A stretch of DNA of 64,000 nucleotides. Origin: a virus. Taxonomy: Duplodnaviria; Caudoviricetes. Under the pieces are notes generated by a model. It was given only the letters and a program-made list of their open reading frames with translations. It was not told the origin of the DNA and did not search any database. A program made the translations under genes and the position numbers. The DNA is taken from positions 96,001 to 160,000 of the IMG/VR virus record IMGVR_UViG_3300020576_004755; one strand, 5' to 3'. Below, in pieces: positions 1 through 9,947 of the stretch. Each line of letters opens with the position of its first letter. Position 1 is the first letter of the stretch.

Positions 1-519
1 TACGATATCAATCAGTCAACCAAGTATGGACTTAGGTTTGCTTATCTGAACAAGCTCATCAACAAAGACCTACAGAACGACTTCATTAAGCTTGTTGAGA
101 CAGAACACGCAGAGTCTCAAGAGCACCTTGATGCCCTTTATGCTGCCTATATGATCCAAGGCTACGAGGGTCAGATGGTTCGCATGAACAACAAGGGATA
201 CGAGAACAAGCGTTCAAAGCAACTTATCAAGCGAAAAGAGTTCAAGGACGAAGAGTTTGAGATCGTTGATATTTTTGAAGGTCTTGGAAATTGGGCAGGA
301 TATGCAAAGAGCTTGGTTTTCAAGCTCAATGACGGTACAGAGAGAACTTCGGATGCAGGCATTGCAGGAACGCAAGCTTTCACAAAGAGTCTTTTGGAAA
401 ACAAGGACAAGTACATTGGCACACTTGTTACCGTGAAGTACCAGAACTACACTCCAGAGGGAAAGCCAAGGTTTCCGATTGCAATCAAGTTCCTTGGAAC
501 AAAGAAGAGGGAACTGTGA
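1..519 (+). CDS. ATP-dependent DNA ligase, C-terminal part (5' truncated by window edge)
   Basis: Frame open from base 1; motifs GYEGQMVR, KRSKQLIKRK, and OB-domain end TVKYQNYTPEGKPRFP. Confidence 0.9.
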   Translation, partial: YDINQSTKYGLRFAYLNKLINKDLQNDFIKLVETEHAESQEHLDALYAAYMIQGYEGQMVRMNNKGYENKRSKQLIKRKEFKDEEFEIVDIFEGLGNWAGYAKSLVFKLNDGTERTSDAGIAGTQAFTKSLLENKDKYIGTLVTVKYQNYTPEGKPRFPIAIKFLGTKKREL

Positions 520-806
520 CGGATATAAAGCTTCCAGTAGATTACACAAAACTCAAACCTTATGAGAAAAAGACCATCAGGGAAGAGTATGTTAGAATTC
601 AAAATGGCTTATGTGCTTTTTGCAAGAATCCATTGAGCGGACCTGCTACAGAGAAAGTCATGGGTAAGACGATTAACAATAAGTTATTTCCGATTGGATT
701 TTTCAATGCGCCTATACACTTACATCATAATCATGATACAGGTATGACAATTGGAGCAATTCATAGTCGCTGTAACGCATATCTTTGGCAATATCACGGA
801 GAGTAA
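516..806 (+). CDS. Recombination endonuclease VII-like His-Me nuclease
   Basis: QNGLCAFC...LHHNHDTG...HSRCN matches the endo VII CxxC / HxHxxG / CN pattern. Confidence 0.7.
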   Translation: MTDIKLPVDYTKLKPYEKKTIREEYVRIQNGLCAFCKNPLSGPATEKVMGKTINNKLFPIGFFNAPIHLHHNHDTGMTIGAIHSRCNAYLWQYHGE

Positions 807-809
807 AAC

Positions 810-1058
810 ATGATAACAAACGCAACTCTAACAATTCAAAGTGGCAAACAAACATTTAAGATTCCTGTAACGTGGGAAGAAGATTTCTTTGTTGAAGGCG
901 AGCAATTGTATTGCGATCTTATGTTTAATGGAGTATATCCCGTTGATTTCGAAGATTTGGAGTTAAGCGTCATTCTGGATTCTGATAAAGAAGTTTCTTG
1001 TCAAGTTAGATGGGATGATATGGCAAGTATGGTATATCCTGCTAGAAAGAGGAAGTAG
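810..1058 (+). CDS. hypothetical protein
   Basis: ORF in operon, GGAG upstream. Confidence 0.6.
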   Translation: MITNATLTIQSGKQTFKIPVTWEEDFFVEGEQLYCDLMFNGVYPVDFEDLELSVILDSDKEVSCQVRWDDMASMVYPARKRK

Positions 1059-1063
1059 CATAA

Positions 1064-1333
1064 ATGCGTGACGAACCAAAATATCCAAAAGTAGGCGACT
1101 TGGTAGAATGCATAATGAATTCTCCATCCAAGGGAGAACAAGGCATTGTTACGGAAGTAAACTTATGTGCAACTAAATACGAAGATCTCAACATAGAGAA
1201 TCACGGTTTTATTGAAGTTGAAATCACAAAAACCGTGCCTGGATCTTATTCCAAGGTCGGAGACACAGAAGACTATGTGCTTCATAATTGGTCAAATGCG
1301 CTAAAGATTGTGAATCAAGACAACAATGAGTGA
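1064..1333 (+). CDS. hypothetical protein (SH3-like PKVGD start; similar to 45593-45859)
   Basis: PKVGD...QGIV..V...N.G.I...KVG pattern. Confidence 0.6.
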   Translation: MRDEPKYPKVGDLVECIMNSPSKGEQGIVTEVNLCATKYEDLNIENHGFIEVEITKTVPGSYSKVGDTEDYVLHNWSNALKIVNQDNNE

Positions 1334-1676
1334 CGGTACACAACATCATGTAGCAAAGCTTCTTGAGGGTGAAGATGTAATCTTTCGCCCTCGTGGCAAT
1401 TCTATGAAGCCAATCATTTTCGATAAGCAAGAAGTCACCATTACTCCTATATCAAAATTGTCGAATGGTGTAGAATCAATTGAAACGGGAGACGTGGTTC
1501 TTTGCAAGGTTAACGGAAAGCAGATGCTTCATTTGGTTACAGCAATCAAGGGAGTTCTGAGCAACAAAGAAGGCAAGAACACACTACAGTTTCAGATAAG
1601 CAATAACCATGGTCACGTAAATGGTTGGACTCCTGCCAAGAACATTTACGGAAAACTGATAAAAGTGAGCGATTGA
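1326..1676 (+). CDS. S24/S26 peptidase-like protein
   Basis: GNSMKP...GDVVLCKV...HLV. Confidence 0.6.
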   Translation: MSDGTQHHVAKLLEGEDVIFRPRGNSMKPIIFDKQEVTITPISKLSNGVESIETGDVVLCKVNGKQMLHLVTAIKGVLSNKEGKNTLQFQISNNHGHVNGWTPAKNIYGKLIKVSD

Positions 1677-1692
1677 TTAGGAAAAAGATATT

Positions 1693-2142
1693 ATGCCAAT
1701 CACATTCAAAGAACTAAAGCAAAAGCACGACGACAAGAACAAGATAGAGTTTCCTCAAGAGGTGCTTGCCTCGATTGACAAGAGGATTGAAGAATCGTTT
1801 GATGGAAACATTGCAAGAGCAACAATTACGTCAGTAGAAGCAGATGCTCTTTTCATTGGAGCCAATGTAGTTCAATTCAACAAAGAAAGATCGACAAAAG
1901 CACTTGAATTGTTGGAAGAAATGTACCGCAAAGCTGGATGGAAGCTTGATTTTCGTGCCACGACGGTCCCATACGCTTCGCACTTAGGCGAAGGTAGACA
2001 TTACACCTATATACTTTACTTCACAGGCATTCATGAGTCAAAACCACGTAGCGTTCCACCAGATTTCGTGGATCCAAGAGGAGGAATGGACGCTGTACAG
2101 AAAGACTCAGGACGTATAGATCCCGGATTCAAATGGAGATAA
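1693..2142 (+). CDS. hypothetical protein
   Basis: ORF in operon. Confidence 0.6.
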   Translation: MPITFKELKQKHDDKNKIEFPQEVLASIDKRIEESFDGNIARATITSVEADALFIGANVVQFNKERSTKALELLEEMYRKAGWKLDFRATTVPYASHLGEGRHYTYILYFTGIHESKPRSVPPDFVDPRGGMDAVQKDSGRIDPGFKWR

Positions 2143-2147
2143 ACAAA

Positions 2148-2885
2148 ATGTCACTAAACCCACAAGATAATCTAGTTGAACTCATTGGAGTTTATGGTGG
2201 AGACGAATCTCATGCATCATCTGCATGGACCTCTACAAGCAGAGATATGACACCTGAGAAGGTTACTCGTATTCCAAAGCTTCTCGGAATGCTTGCCAAG
2301 GATGGTCATCATACACCGTTTGAGAAATCAAGCATTCATTTCTTGGTCACAACCGACATTGCTTCCCATATTCACATAATCAAACACAGAATTGGTGTTG
2401 CGGTTAACGGTGAATCTGCCAGATACAAAGAGTTGAAAGACGACAAGTTCTTCATTCCAAACGATTGGGACGAAGAAGAGAGAACCAACTACGTCAAGTT
2501 CATGGAGAACGCTTACAACGAATACCATAATGCCTTAGAGCGCCTCCAAACCAAATACGTAAGCGACCAAGGTTTTGCTCTTTCGGATGCCAGGAAGAGA
2601 GCCAAGGAGTCAGCAAGACTGTATCTGCCATACGGCAATCAGATTCAAGCAGACGTTATGTTCAACTTCCGCAGCTTCTATCATTTCTTGAGCTTGAGAT
2701 ACTCGACTCATGCACAGAAAGAGATTCGAGATATTGCAAAAAAGATGCTTGAGCAGGTTGTTGCAACAAATCAGTTTCCAATCACGCTTCAAGCGTTCGG
2801 TCTAACCGATGCCAATGGAAATATTAGAGCACCGTTCACAGATCATTTCCACCTTCCTGCCTACGAGCCACAAGAGTCAAAATGA
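2148..2885 (+). CDS. thyX: FAD-dependent thymidylate synthase
   Basis: HHTPFEK, KHRIGVAVNGESARY (ThyX motif), KESARLYLP, NFRS..HFL.LR...HAQKEIR; GGAG upstream of ATG 2148. Confidence 0.93.
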   Translation: MSLNPQDNLVELIGVYGGDESHASSAWTSTSRDMTPEKVTRIPKLLGMLAKDGHHTPFEKSSIHFLVTTDIASHIHIIKHRIGVAVNGESARYKELKDDKFFIPNDWDEEERTNYVKFMENAYNEYHNALERLQTKYVSDQGFALSDARKRAKESARLYLPYGNQIQADVMFNFRSFYHFLSLRYSTHAQKEIRDIAKKMLEQVVATNQFPITLQAFGLTDANGNIRAPFTDHFHLPAYEPQESK

Positions 2886-3043
2886 ACCTATTTGGATTCT
2901 ACTTTGATAGAGACACAACATCTTTTGATGTTCCTATGTGGGTTTGTTCGTACGACATATACTTGCACATAGCTCCATCATTGTTTGCTCTTGCAAAAGA
3001 AGTAATCACCGAATACAAGAGCGACAGACACCTAGCAATGTAG
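2882..3043 (+). CDS. small hypothetical protein (53 aa)
   Basis: ATGA overlap with thyX stop; fills the gap; below ORF-track cutoff. Confidence 0.5.
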   Translation: MNLFGFYFDRDTTSFDVPMWVCSYDIYLHIAPSLFALAKEVITEYKSDRHLAM

Positions 3044-3055
3044 AAAAGAGCAGTT

Positions 3056-3520
3056 ATGATCGAAATCAAAGCACCAAACAAGCTAGCCAAGCTCAAAGAT
3101 TCAAAGACCGTCTTCATGGCAGGCTCTATTGATATGGGCAAGGCAATTGATTGGCAGAAGCAACTGAAAGAAGCTTTTGCTAAAGACAAGAGAGTCACCT
3201 TCTGGAATCCAAGAAGAGACGATTGGGATTCGTCTTGGAAACAAGACATTAGCTTTGCTCCATTTAACGAGCAAGTAACTTGGGAACTTAATGCCTTGGA
3301 GAAGGCAGATATCATTGTCTATTGCTTTGATCCAAAGGGTCAAGCACCAATTACTCTTTTGGAACTTGGTCTTCACGTAAAGAGTGGCAAGCCTATCATT
3401 GTTTGTTGTCCAGAAGGATTCTGGCGCAAGGGCAACGTTGACATTGTTTGTGAGAAATACGGGATTCCTATGGTGGACTCTCTAGAAGAAATGATTGAAC
3501 AACTAGGACAACTACTATGA
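3056..3520 (+). CDS. nucleoside 2-deoxyribosyltransferase-like protein
   Basis: VFMAGSI...DWQ...NPRR..W...QVTWEL..LE.AD...PITLLELG...GNV. Confidence 0.85.
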   Translation: MIEIKAPNKLAKLKDSKTVFMAGSIDMGKAIDWQKQLKEAFAKDKRVTFWNPRRDDWDSSWKQDISFAPFNEQVTWELNALEKADIIVYCFDPKGQAPITLLELGLHVKSGKPIIVCCPEGFWRKGNVDIVCEKYGIPMVDSLEEMIEQLGQLL

Positions 3521-3795
3521 GCACAGCCGAAATTATGCATTGTCGTCATTGTGAAAAATACATTGGCAAGAAGAACAACCTTGATGATTACTTCTTTTGG
3601 TGTGACAAGACTTGTCATGATGCCAACGAGAAAGAGATCCTTGATAGAAATCTTGCTACCATGGCAGCTCACGAAGCTCACTTCAAGAACAAGAAAGCTG
3701 CTGCCGCATGTAGCGGAAATGTTGACAAGGACAGTGGTGAAGCTTCTTCTTCAAAAGAGAAACAAAAGGCGCCAAGAAATACAAAAAAGAAGTAG
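3517..3795 (+). CDS. hypothetical protein, Cys-containing
   Basis: ATGA overlap; CxxC...CxxxC. Confidence 0.55.
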   Translation: MSTAEIMHCRHCEKYIGKKNNLDDYFFWCDKTCHDANEKEILDRNLATMAAHEAHFKNKKAAAACSGNVDKDSGEASSSKEKQKAPRNTKKK

Positions 3796-3836
3796 TCTTC
3801 TATAATATAGAAATTACACAAATAGAAAGATAGGAG

Positions 3837-5432
3837 ATGAAGACAATGACAACAACGACAGGCTCAGGTAGATTCAAACAAATTGGTGAAGAGATCGGTT
3901 CTCTTGTAGAAGAGAAGAACGCAGCATACGGCAATAGCTTTGGTAAGGTAGCAGAGTTCCTCAAGATTCTTTGGCCAGATGGTATTCCTGTTGAGGCATA
4001 CACGGATGCTCTTTGCACCGTTCGTATGTTTGACAAGCTCATGAGAATTGCCAACAAGAAGGATGCCTTTGGAGAAAGCCCATACAGAGACATTGCAGGC
4101 TACTCAATCCTTGGCGTTGAGAAGGATGAAAGAGAGACTGCTCCACAAAAAACAGAAGCAAAGACTACAGAAGAGTTTCGTGAGTTTATACGCGCTAAAA
4201 AGCAAAGTGATGCCGCGAGAGATCTAAAGATTTATTCAGACATTGATCTGGAGCAAACAATCAGAGATATAAAAGTAGAAGCTGCTCTCAATGCTTCAAA
4301 GGCATTCTTTTCAGAGAAGCAAGTAGAAGAGTTTGCCAAGCAAGTTCCAACGGAAGAACAACAAGAAGAAGAGCCTTATCCAATTCATTTGAATGATGGT
4401 CCAGTTCCGTACAAGGAAACAGAAATAGCAATAAAGCAAAGTCGTACCGTTAGAAAGTTTGACGAAGTTGCCGAAAAGCTACTCAATGAGTCGAAGTCTG
4501 GTCCATTCATTCCTGTAACAGTTTGGGTCCGTGGACAAGAAAGACTTGGAAGAATTGAAGAAATTCCTTACAACAATGTAAAAGTCAACAACATTAGAAG
4601 GGATCCAAGAACAGATATCCAATATCTCTATATCATGTATTCTAATGGCAAATTAACGTCTATTCAGACTGATGAGATCACAAGGATCACTCAGGGAGAA
4701 GAAACTCTGTATGATGCAAGACCATATCTTCTCATAAAGAAAGCTGTTAACTACGACGCTCTTAATGACATTCTGTCAAATCCAGACGAAGTTATGGTCT
4801 TGACAGCAACCATTCAAGAAGAGATGGATAAGCAAGGCGTTAAAGAGCCAGGAAGATTGAATCTAACCAATGAGTCAGAAAAGAAAGCAACCAATGTTCC
4901 TCTTCCAAACTCAATAGAAGAGAAGGCAGTTGCCATTCAGGATTGGCTTGAAGAGAATGTAAGCAATCCAACGGCAAATGAAATAACCGTTTGGCAGACA
5001 TTTACAAGCTCCCTATACAAAGCTAATGGATTGAAAGTCGATGTAGGAGACGTTGTTAGATTCCCAAAGAAGTTCCCAAATATTTCGTGGCAGATTCTAA
5101 AGATTGCTTGTGGTGTAGCGTTTATTCAAGACGTTGACGATCAAGGAAGAACACAAACCATTGATTTCTTTGAAAAAGGACTCTTTGCTCAGAAGCAGAT
5201 AAAGATCAAGTTTGGTTCCGAGGCAGAGAAGAAGACTTGGTATGAGATCACCAGCACCTCGAAAGCTACTCCAGATGAAGTTGTTGACAAGCTCATTGAA
5301 ATGATGAATCTTCAAACAGAAGGACTCGTTCAAGCAAAGGCAAAAGAACAGAACCACAACATTGTCGCGACTATGGAAGTTGATGACACGGATGATGCCA
5401 ACAACTCTTCTGTGTGTATGGACCATGAGTAA
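3837..5432 (+). CDS. N-terminal nucleotide-modification-associated (Nmad1/DUF1599-like) domain fused to a long unknown region
   Basis: KNAAYGNSF...RMFDKLMRI...ESPYRDIAGYSIL in the first ~100 aa; AGGAG RBS. Confidence 0.7.
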   Translation: MKTMTTTTGSGRFKQIGEEIGSLVEEKNAAYGNSFGKVAEFLKILWPDGIPVEAYTDALCTVRMFDKLMRIANKKDAFGESPYRDIAGYSILGVEKDERETAPQKTEAKTTEEFREFIRAKKQSDAARDLKIYSDIDLEQTIRDIKVEAALNASKAFFSEKQVEEFAKQVPTEEQQEEEPYPIHLNDGPVPYKETEIAIKQSRTVRKFDEVAEKLLNESKSGPFIPVTVWVRGQERLGRIEEIPYNNVKVNNIRRDPRTDIQYLYIMYSNGKLTSIQTDEITRITQGEETLYDARPYLLIKKAVNYDALNDILSNPDEVMVLTATIQEEMDKQGVKEPGRLNLTNESEKKATNVPLPNSIEEKAVAIQDWLEENVSNPTANEITVWQTFTSSLYKANGLKVDVGDVVRFPKKFPNISWQILKIACGVAFIQDVDDQGRTQTIDFFEKGLFAQKQIKIKFGSEAEKKTWYEITSTSKATPDEVVDKLIEMMNLQTEGLVQAKAKEQNHNIVATMEVDDTDDANNSSVCMDHE

Positions 5433-5640
5433 TAAAAAGTACAAATACAATCCAGATCGTCCAGAGCTTCCATTCTTTGAAGAACAGAGAGATTTGGCTT
5501 TCTTTCAAGAGCAACTGTTGCTTGCCTTGAAGATACCAGTACAATTCATCAGTTTTGATTTCACTGTTTCAAAAAACGGCTATCCAATGAAAAAAGATGA
5601 TAATGAAGAAAAAACAAACACAGACGAAAAGTCCACTTAG
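5425..5640 (+). CDS. hypothetical protein
   Basis: ATG overlaps the upstream gene end. Confidence 0.5.
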   Translation: MSNKKYKYNPDRPELPFFEEQRDLAFFQEQLLLALKIPVQFISFDFTVSKNGYPMKKDDNEEKTNTDEKST

Positions 5641-6439
5641 ATATCCTGGCGGCAAGTCAAAGCTTGTTAAAGAAATTGATCGATTGGCTCCTGCTGCTTA
5701 CAAAGAGTATCGGGAGCCTTTTCTTGGTGGAGCTTCCTATCTTCTTCACGTCTGTCAGACTCAACCAAGCACGGTCATCAAGAAGGCATCAGATAATTTC
5801 TATTTGCTTTACAATTTCTGGCAGCACGTCCAGTGCTGTCCAGACACCCTTGTTGACGAGATCAATAAGCAAAAGGTTATAGCAAAGACAGGGACCAAGC
5901 TCTACATCGAGTCAGCAAAGACTCTCAAGAAGGATGGCAATAAAGACTCATCATTGCTTGAGAGAGCAGCGGCTTACTTCATTCAGAACAGAATCACGTT
6001 CAGTGGACTTGGATTGAGTGGTGGATACTCTCAGGGTTCTTATGATGGAAGGTTCAAAGAGAACCATATCAACGCAATCAAAGACGTAGGCAAGACTTTG
6101 AAAAACTGTCAGATTCGTTCTGCCAGCTATGAAGACCTATTGTTTGAAGATGGTGAAGATGTTTTTATCTTCCTCGATCCTCCATACGATATAAAATCAG
6201 ACAACCTCTATGGGAACAGAGGTTCGATGCACAAAGGCTTTGACCATGTGAAGTTTGCAGAAGACTGTAAGAAGAGCAAAAAACACAAACTGCTCATTAC
6301 CTATAACGACAATGAGCAGATACGTGCGTTGTTTAAAGAAGAAGACGGCTTCAAGATAAACGAAGTGGAAGTCGGTTACTCAATGTCCAAGGGAAACAAC
6401 AAGAAGAAGATCGAGTTGTTTATCACAAAGGGATACTGA
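5597..6439 (+). CDS. DNA adenine methyltransferase (D12/Dam class)
   Basis: SPLRYPGGKS, EPFLGGAS, FLDPPY. Confidence 0.92.
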   Translation: MIMKKKQTQTKSPLRYPGGKSKLVKEIDRLAPAAYKEYREPFLGGASYLLHVCQTQPSTVIKKASDNFYLLYNFWQHVQCCPDTLVDEINKQKVIAKTGTKLYIESAKTLKKDGNKDSSLLERAAAYFIQNRITFSGLGLSGGYSQGSYDGRFKENHINAIKDVGKTLKNCQIRSASYEDLLFEDGEDVFIFLDPPYDIKSDNLYGNRGSMHKGFDHVKFAEDCKKSKKHKLLITYNDNEQIRALFKEEDGFKINEVEVGYSMSKGNNKKKIELFITKGY

Positions 6440-6442
6440 GTC

Positions 6443-6775
6443 TCACTCCCAAGCTGCATCAACTTCTTCTTGGGCTTGCAACAAAGCTTCATTGAACAAG
6501 TCTCTGATTGCTCTTGGATTGTTTTGTTCTGCTTGCTCAAGCCAATCTTGTTCGCTTAGTTTCAATTCGCTTTCAAGGTCTGCAATGAGTTCGCTTGCAT
6601 TCCAGTAAGACAGTGGAGTGCCATGATCATGACGATAAATCATGTGACTGATCATAATGTCCTTGATTGCTTCTCTTGGAGACTTGGTTGGTCTTGGACG
6701 AGGAGCAGACGTTGATTTTGGTGGCAAAAACTCTTTGATGATTTGCTTAATCTGTGATTTGGTGATTTTTCTCAT
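6443..6775 (-). CDS. hypothetical, probable late/virion protein with KITKSQIKQIIKE motif
   Basis: N-terminal motif shared with neighbours. Confidence 0.7.
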   Translation of the reverse strand: MRKITKSQIKQIIKEFLPPKSTSAPRPRPTKSPREAIKDIMISHMIYRHDHGTPLSYWNASELIADLESELKLSEQDWLEQAEQNNPRAIRDLFNEALLQAQEEVDAAWE

Positions 6776-6776
6776 A

Positions 6777-7334
6777 TCAGTATCCTGCGTTAAGTTTGAT
6801 CCAGCCTGGGTCTATTCCATACATCTTTGCTCTGCTAAAGATTACTCTGATATCACGTTCTGAACGAGCAGCTCTAGCTCTTTTGTAATCTTGAATGAGT
6901 TCTCTTGCAGCAGCTTCTTTTTGTTCTGGTGTCACTTCTTCATACAACTCTTCTTGATAGAGATGCATTTGATCTTTGAAGTCTTGAACGTCTACACCGT
7001 CAACGGTAAGAGAATTGCAGAAAGGATCGTCTCCGTAACCATTATCTTCATAGAACTTTTCGATGCAGAGTTGCTCAAGACCTTCTGTGGTCATGTTGTC
7101 AATCTCATGTTTTGGAAGTACAAAGTTGACAAATATGCGATCGGCTCTTGGTGAGTTTCCTCCCCAAACTTCTGCTTCAACTTCCGATACGTCTCCACCC
7201 ATGCCGGAGGCAGTCGCAGGAGATTCTTCCATTGAAGTGATTGGACTGCTAAGTGCAGTACCGTTGCTATCTTGCTCTTTGAGCTTCAAGGCTTCTCTTA
7301 ACAGAGTCTTGAGTTGTGATTGTGTGATTTTCAT
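6777..7334 (-). CDS. hypothetical, probable late/virion protein with KITQSQLKTLLRE motif
   Basis: N-terminal motif; acidic body. Confidence 0.7.
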   Translation of the reverse strand: MKITQSQLKTLLREALKLKEQDSNGTALSSPITSMEESPATASGMGGDVSEVEAEVWGGNSPRADRIFVNFVLPKHEIDNMTTEGLEQLCIEKFYEDNGYGDDPFCNSLTVDGVDVQDFKDQMHLYQEELYEEVTPEQKEAAARELIQDYKRARAARSERDIRVIFSRAKMYGIDPGWIKLNAGY

Positions 7335-7346
7335 ATTAAGCTTCTT

Positions 7347-7868
7347 TCATCCAATTGTGATATCAGTAATTAATTTATTGTACATACTCAAAAGAGTTCT
7401 TAAAGAAACATCTTTTATTTCTAAAACAGAATCTTCATAACCACCAACCGATAAACTCCACATATCTTTTTCTTGATCAAAAACAATCCATATGTCCCCC
7501 ATCCAGGGTCTAGGTAAAGCTTTGGTCCACGAAGTTCCACCATATTTTGCAAATTCAAACCCAAGCTTTTGCAGTATTTTAACTTCATCTGGTCTTCCCG
7601 TTCTAGGATGCATTTGTTCTCTTATCATTTGCTTGAGTTCTTCAGTTGTTAGCTTTTTCACTGTGTTTGGTTCCTTTTCTCTTGTCTTCTTTGACTGCTT
7701 GTCTATCGGTAAATCTTTTTCGATTCGCATATTGAGCAAGTTCTTATCGTTAACCGTTGGTTGGTTAAGCTCTTTGTCTCTTCCAATCTTCTTCACAACG
7801 GTTCTCTTGTTCTTGAACTTTCCAGTTAGAACAATGTCTCCCACATCAATATCCAAATCTATTGCCAT
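7347..7868 (-). CDS. hypothetical phage protein (VGD.VLTGKFKNK domain plus internal LTTEELKQMIREQ motif)
   Basis: ORF; ATATTTA motif upstream. Confidence 0.7.
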   Translation of the reverse strand: MAIDLDIDVGDIVLTGKFKNKRTVVKKIGRDKELNQPTVNDKNLLNMRIEKDLPIDKQSKKTREKEPNTVKKLTTEELKQMIREQMHPRTGRPDEVKILQKLGFEFAKYGGTSWTKALPRPWMGDIWIVFDQEKDMWSLSVGGYEDSVLEIKDVSLRTLLSMYNKLITDITIG

Positions 7869-7883
7869 ATAACTAATCTTTTC

Positions 7884-7890
7884 TAAATAT
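7884..7890 (-). promoter_or_regulatory. putative late promoter motif ATATTTA
   Basis: 15 nt upstream of ATG 7868; same motif recurs before other non-early genes. Confidence 0.4.
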
Positions 7891-7892
7891 TA

Positions 7893-8684
7893 CTAAATGA
7901 ACAACAAATCAGAATAGTCGGCAATAACTTTACGTTCTTTGTCAGAAGTTGTTGACTCAGACCAGAATATAGCAGCTTTTATGCCCTTGTCTCCGTTACC
8001 TTCAAACACTCTATCCAAGTCACCTTTAAGCTGAACTTCTTCGGTTCCTGGGGCTTGTGTATCATAAGTTGCAAGACTTGGAATCCAAACCTTATTGTAC
8101 TTGGTGTATTCTTTCATCGACCTGTCAACAAGTTCTTTTGTCTTTGAAGTGTCATAGAGCATTGGAGAACCAAAGTCACACTTCTTCAAACAAGTCCAGT
8201 CAATGTCTTTGGCAAGAGTTGGCAATGGGTAAGAGACAAAGCCAACAGAAAGAGATTGTTGCTGGCTATTGTTGTTTTTTGCAAGAGAAATGGTCTTATC
8301 TACAAGGGCATTAAGAGATTCCTTCTTGCCACGATAAGCCTTTTCTATATCAAGCATGACTCCCTTGCCTCGGACCATCTTGCAGTAGTCCACAGCAAGG
8401 ATGGCAGCAGCTTCGCTTTGCTGGACGCTAGCTGCCCTCTGGCTGCCAGGGAATGTCCAAACCCATACGTCGAACCCTGCCAAGACAAGATCGTCTCCAT
8501 AATCTTTTATATTTGATCTTGGAGACACATAGCCATCTTCGGCTTCAACCATTAAAGAAACCCAAGTAGCTTTTGCTGCCTTGAGTCTTGTGATTAAGAC
8601 TTGACCGTTCTTCACGGTATGAGGAGGAAGTCTTCTAAGATAGAAGCCAAAACCTTTTGTTGTTGTAGTATTTGTTGTTGTCAT
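7893..8684 (-). CDS. putative glycoside hydrolase (TIM-barrel, GH25-like/lysin-like)
   Basis: VWVWTF...GVMLDIEKAY...PMLY...AIFW pattern. Confidence 0.5.
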   Translation of the reverse strand: MTTTNTTTTKGFGFYLRRLPPHTVKNGQVLITRLKAAKATWVSLMVEAEDGYVSPRSNIKDYGDDLVLAGFDVWVWTFPGSQRAASVQQSEAAAILAVDYCKMVRGKGVMLDIEKAYRGKKESLNALVDKTISLAKNNNSQQQSLSVGFVSYPLPTLAKDIDWTCLKKCDFGSPMLYDTSKTKELVDRSMKEYTKYNKVWIPSLATYDTQAPGTEEVQLKGDLDRVFEGNGDKGIKAAIFWSESTTSDKERKVIADYSDLLFI

Positions 8685-8686
8685 TG

Positions 8687-9604
8687 TCACCAAGGATCTC
8701 CGCTTAGCTTGAGGGAAGAAGCAACCTTCTCGGATTCGTACTTGAAGCGCATCTTCATGATCTTCTTGTTATTGCCACCAATGATTCCAACAGAGTCAGC
8801 ACCAACCTTCATGACGGTAAGCTTTGGGCTGGATAGAGCTTGAAGCTTCTCGTTGTTAAGAGGGTCCATGACAGAGGCAGCGTAGGCTCCGTTCTTTCCG
8901 TTACCAGTTACCTTGATGTATCTTGGCTCGATTACGTCTGCGTCCATCCAATACTTGAGAATGTAAGCTCTCAAATCTTTTGGCTTCATTGTTGAAAGCT
9001 TCTCAAACATCTTGTCTCTCATGGAAGCAAGAATCTGTTGTCCAACCAAGACGGTCTGCTGTTGTACCTTTGGCTTGGAACGGATATAAGCTTTTCTCTC
9101 CTGCATAGGAATTGGAAGCTTCAACTTCTTGATGACAACAGCGGTTCTTGTCTTGAACAAAGAGTCGAGATCAATTCCAAGTGCCTTGGAAACGGTTCCT
9201 GCGCCTGGATTCTTGAATCCAATATCGCCAGAACTCTTTGTGGATTTGGCTGAAATACCGAGGAATTGTCCATCGGAGAACTGAAGTAAGATATCTGTTG
9301 GGTTCATTCTGCTATCTACAGGCTGACCATAGGCTGCTGAAAGAACACCGGGACGTGCTGTCCACCAAGCTTTGACAACCTTGCCAGCATATCCATTGGA
9401 AGCTGCCCAAGCTAGAACAGAGTTTGCCATTGCCTTTGCTCTGCCCTCTTGGTCCACATATTCGTTTGGAGCAAGTTGAGCTTTTCTTGCTACAAGTTGA
9501 GCCTTAGCTTCGGCACCATTTCCAAAAGAAGACCACTTACCTCCAACGAGATAGAAGCCTGTTAAGATTTCGTTAACGTCTGCACCAATTGTGTTAGCAC
9601 TCAT
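8687..9604 (-). CDS. putative PD-(D/E)xK restriction-endonuclease-like protein
   Basis: ADVNE near N-terminus; PTDILL.F.DG.FLGISAK. Confidence 0.5.
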   Translation of the reverse strand: MSANTIGADVNEILTGFYLVGGKWSSFGNGAEAKAQLVARKAQLAPNEYVDQEGRAKAMANSVLAWAASNGYAGKVVKAWWTARPGVLSAAYGQPVDSRMNPTDILLQFSDGQFLGISAKSTKSSGDIGFKNPGAGTVSKALGIDLDSLFKTRTAVVIKKLKLPIPMQERKAYIRSKPKVQQQTVLVGQQILASMRDKMFEKLSTMKPKDLRAYILKYWMDADVIEPRYIKVTGNGKNGAYAASVMDPLNNEKLQALSSPKLTVMKVGADSVGIIGGNNKKIMKMRFKYESEKVASSLKLSGDPW

Positions 9605-9906
9605 TGTTGTGGCTCCTCATTCTCTGTATTGCCTTCTGTTTCTACTGTGTCTTCAATGGTTCTTGCAATCTGTTCGATTGACATTTGTTCTGCATCGTCC
9701 GTTGGGTCTTGCTCATTATCAAAACTTGTAGGTTCTTGTTGTTGTTGTTGCTCTTCGTCGTTCCCAATATCTGATAACTGTGGAACCTTAAGTACAGTAG
9801 AAGAGGGAGTAGAAGTAGGGATATCTAGATCACCTAGTTGCTCCTTAAGGATTTCTCTTATTAGATGACGAATATCGACTGGTTTGCTTTTATTCATTTT
9901 ATTCAT
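9601..9906 (-). CDS. acidic hypothetical protein with IRHLIREILKEQ motif
   Basis: ORF; motif related to the 6443-7868 genes. Confidence 0.6.
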   Translation of the reverse strand: MNKMNKSKPVDIRHLIREILKEQLGDLDIPTSTPSSTVLKVPQLSDIGNDEEQQQQQEPTSFDNEQDPTDDAEQMSIEQIARTIEDTVETEGNTENEEPQQ

Positions 9907-9947
9907 TGGCTACCTATTCTATTAGAATACATTCACAGGAGTTAAAT

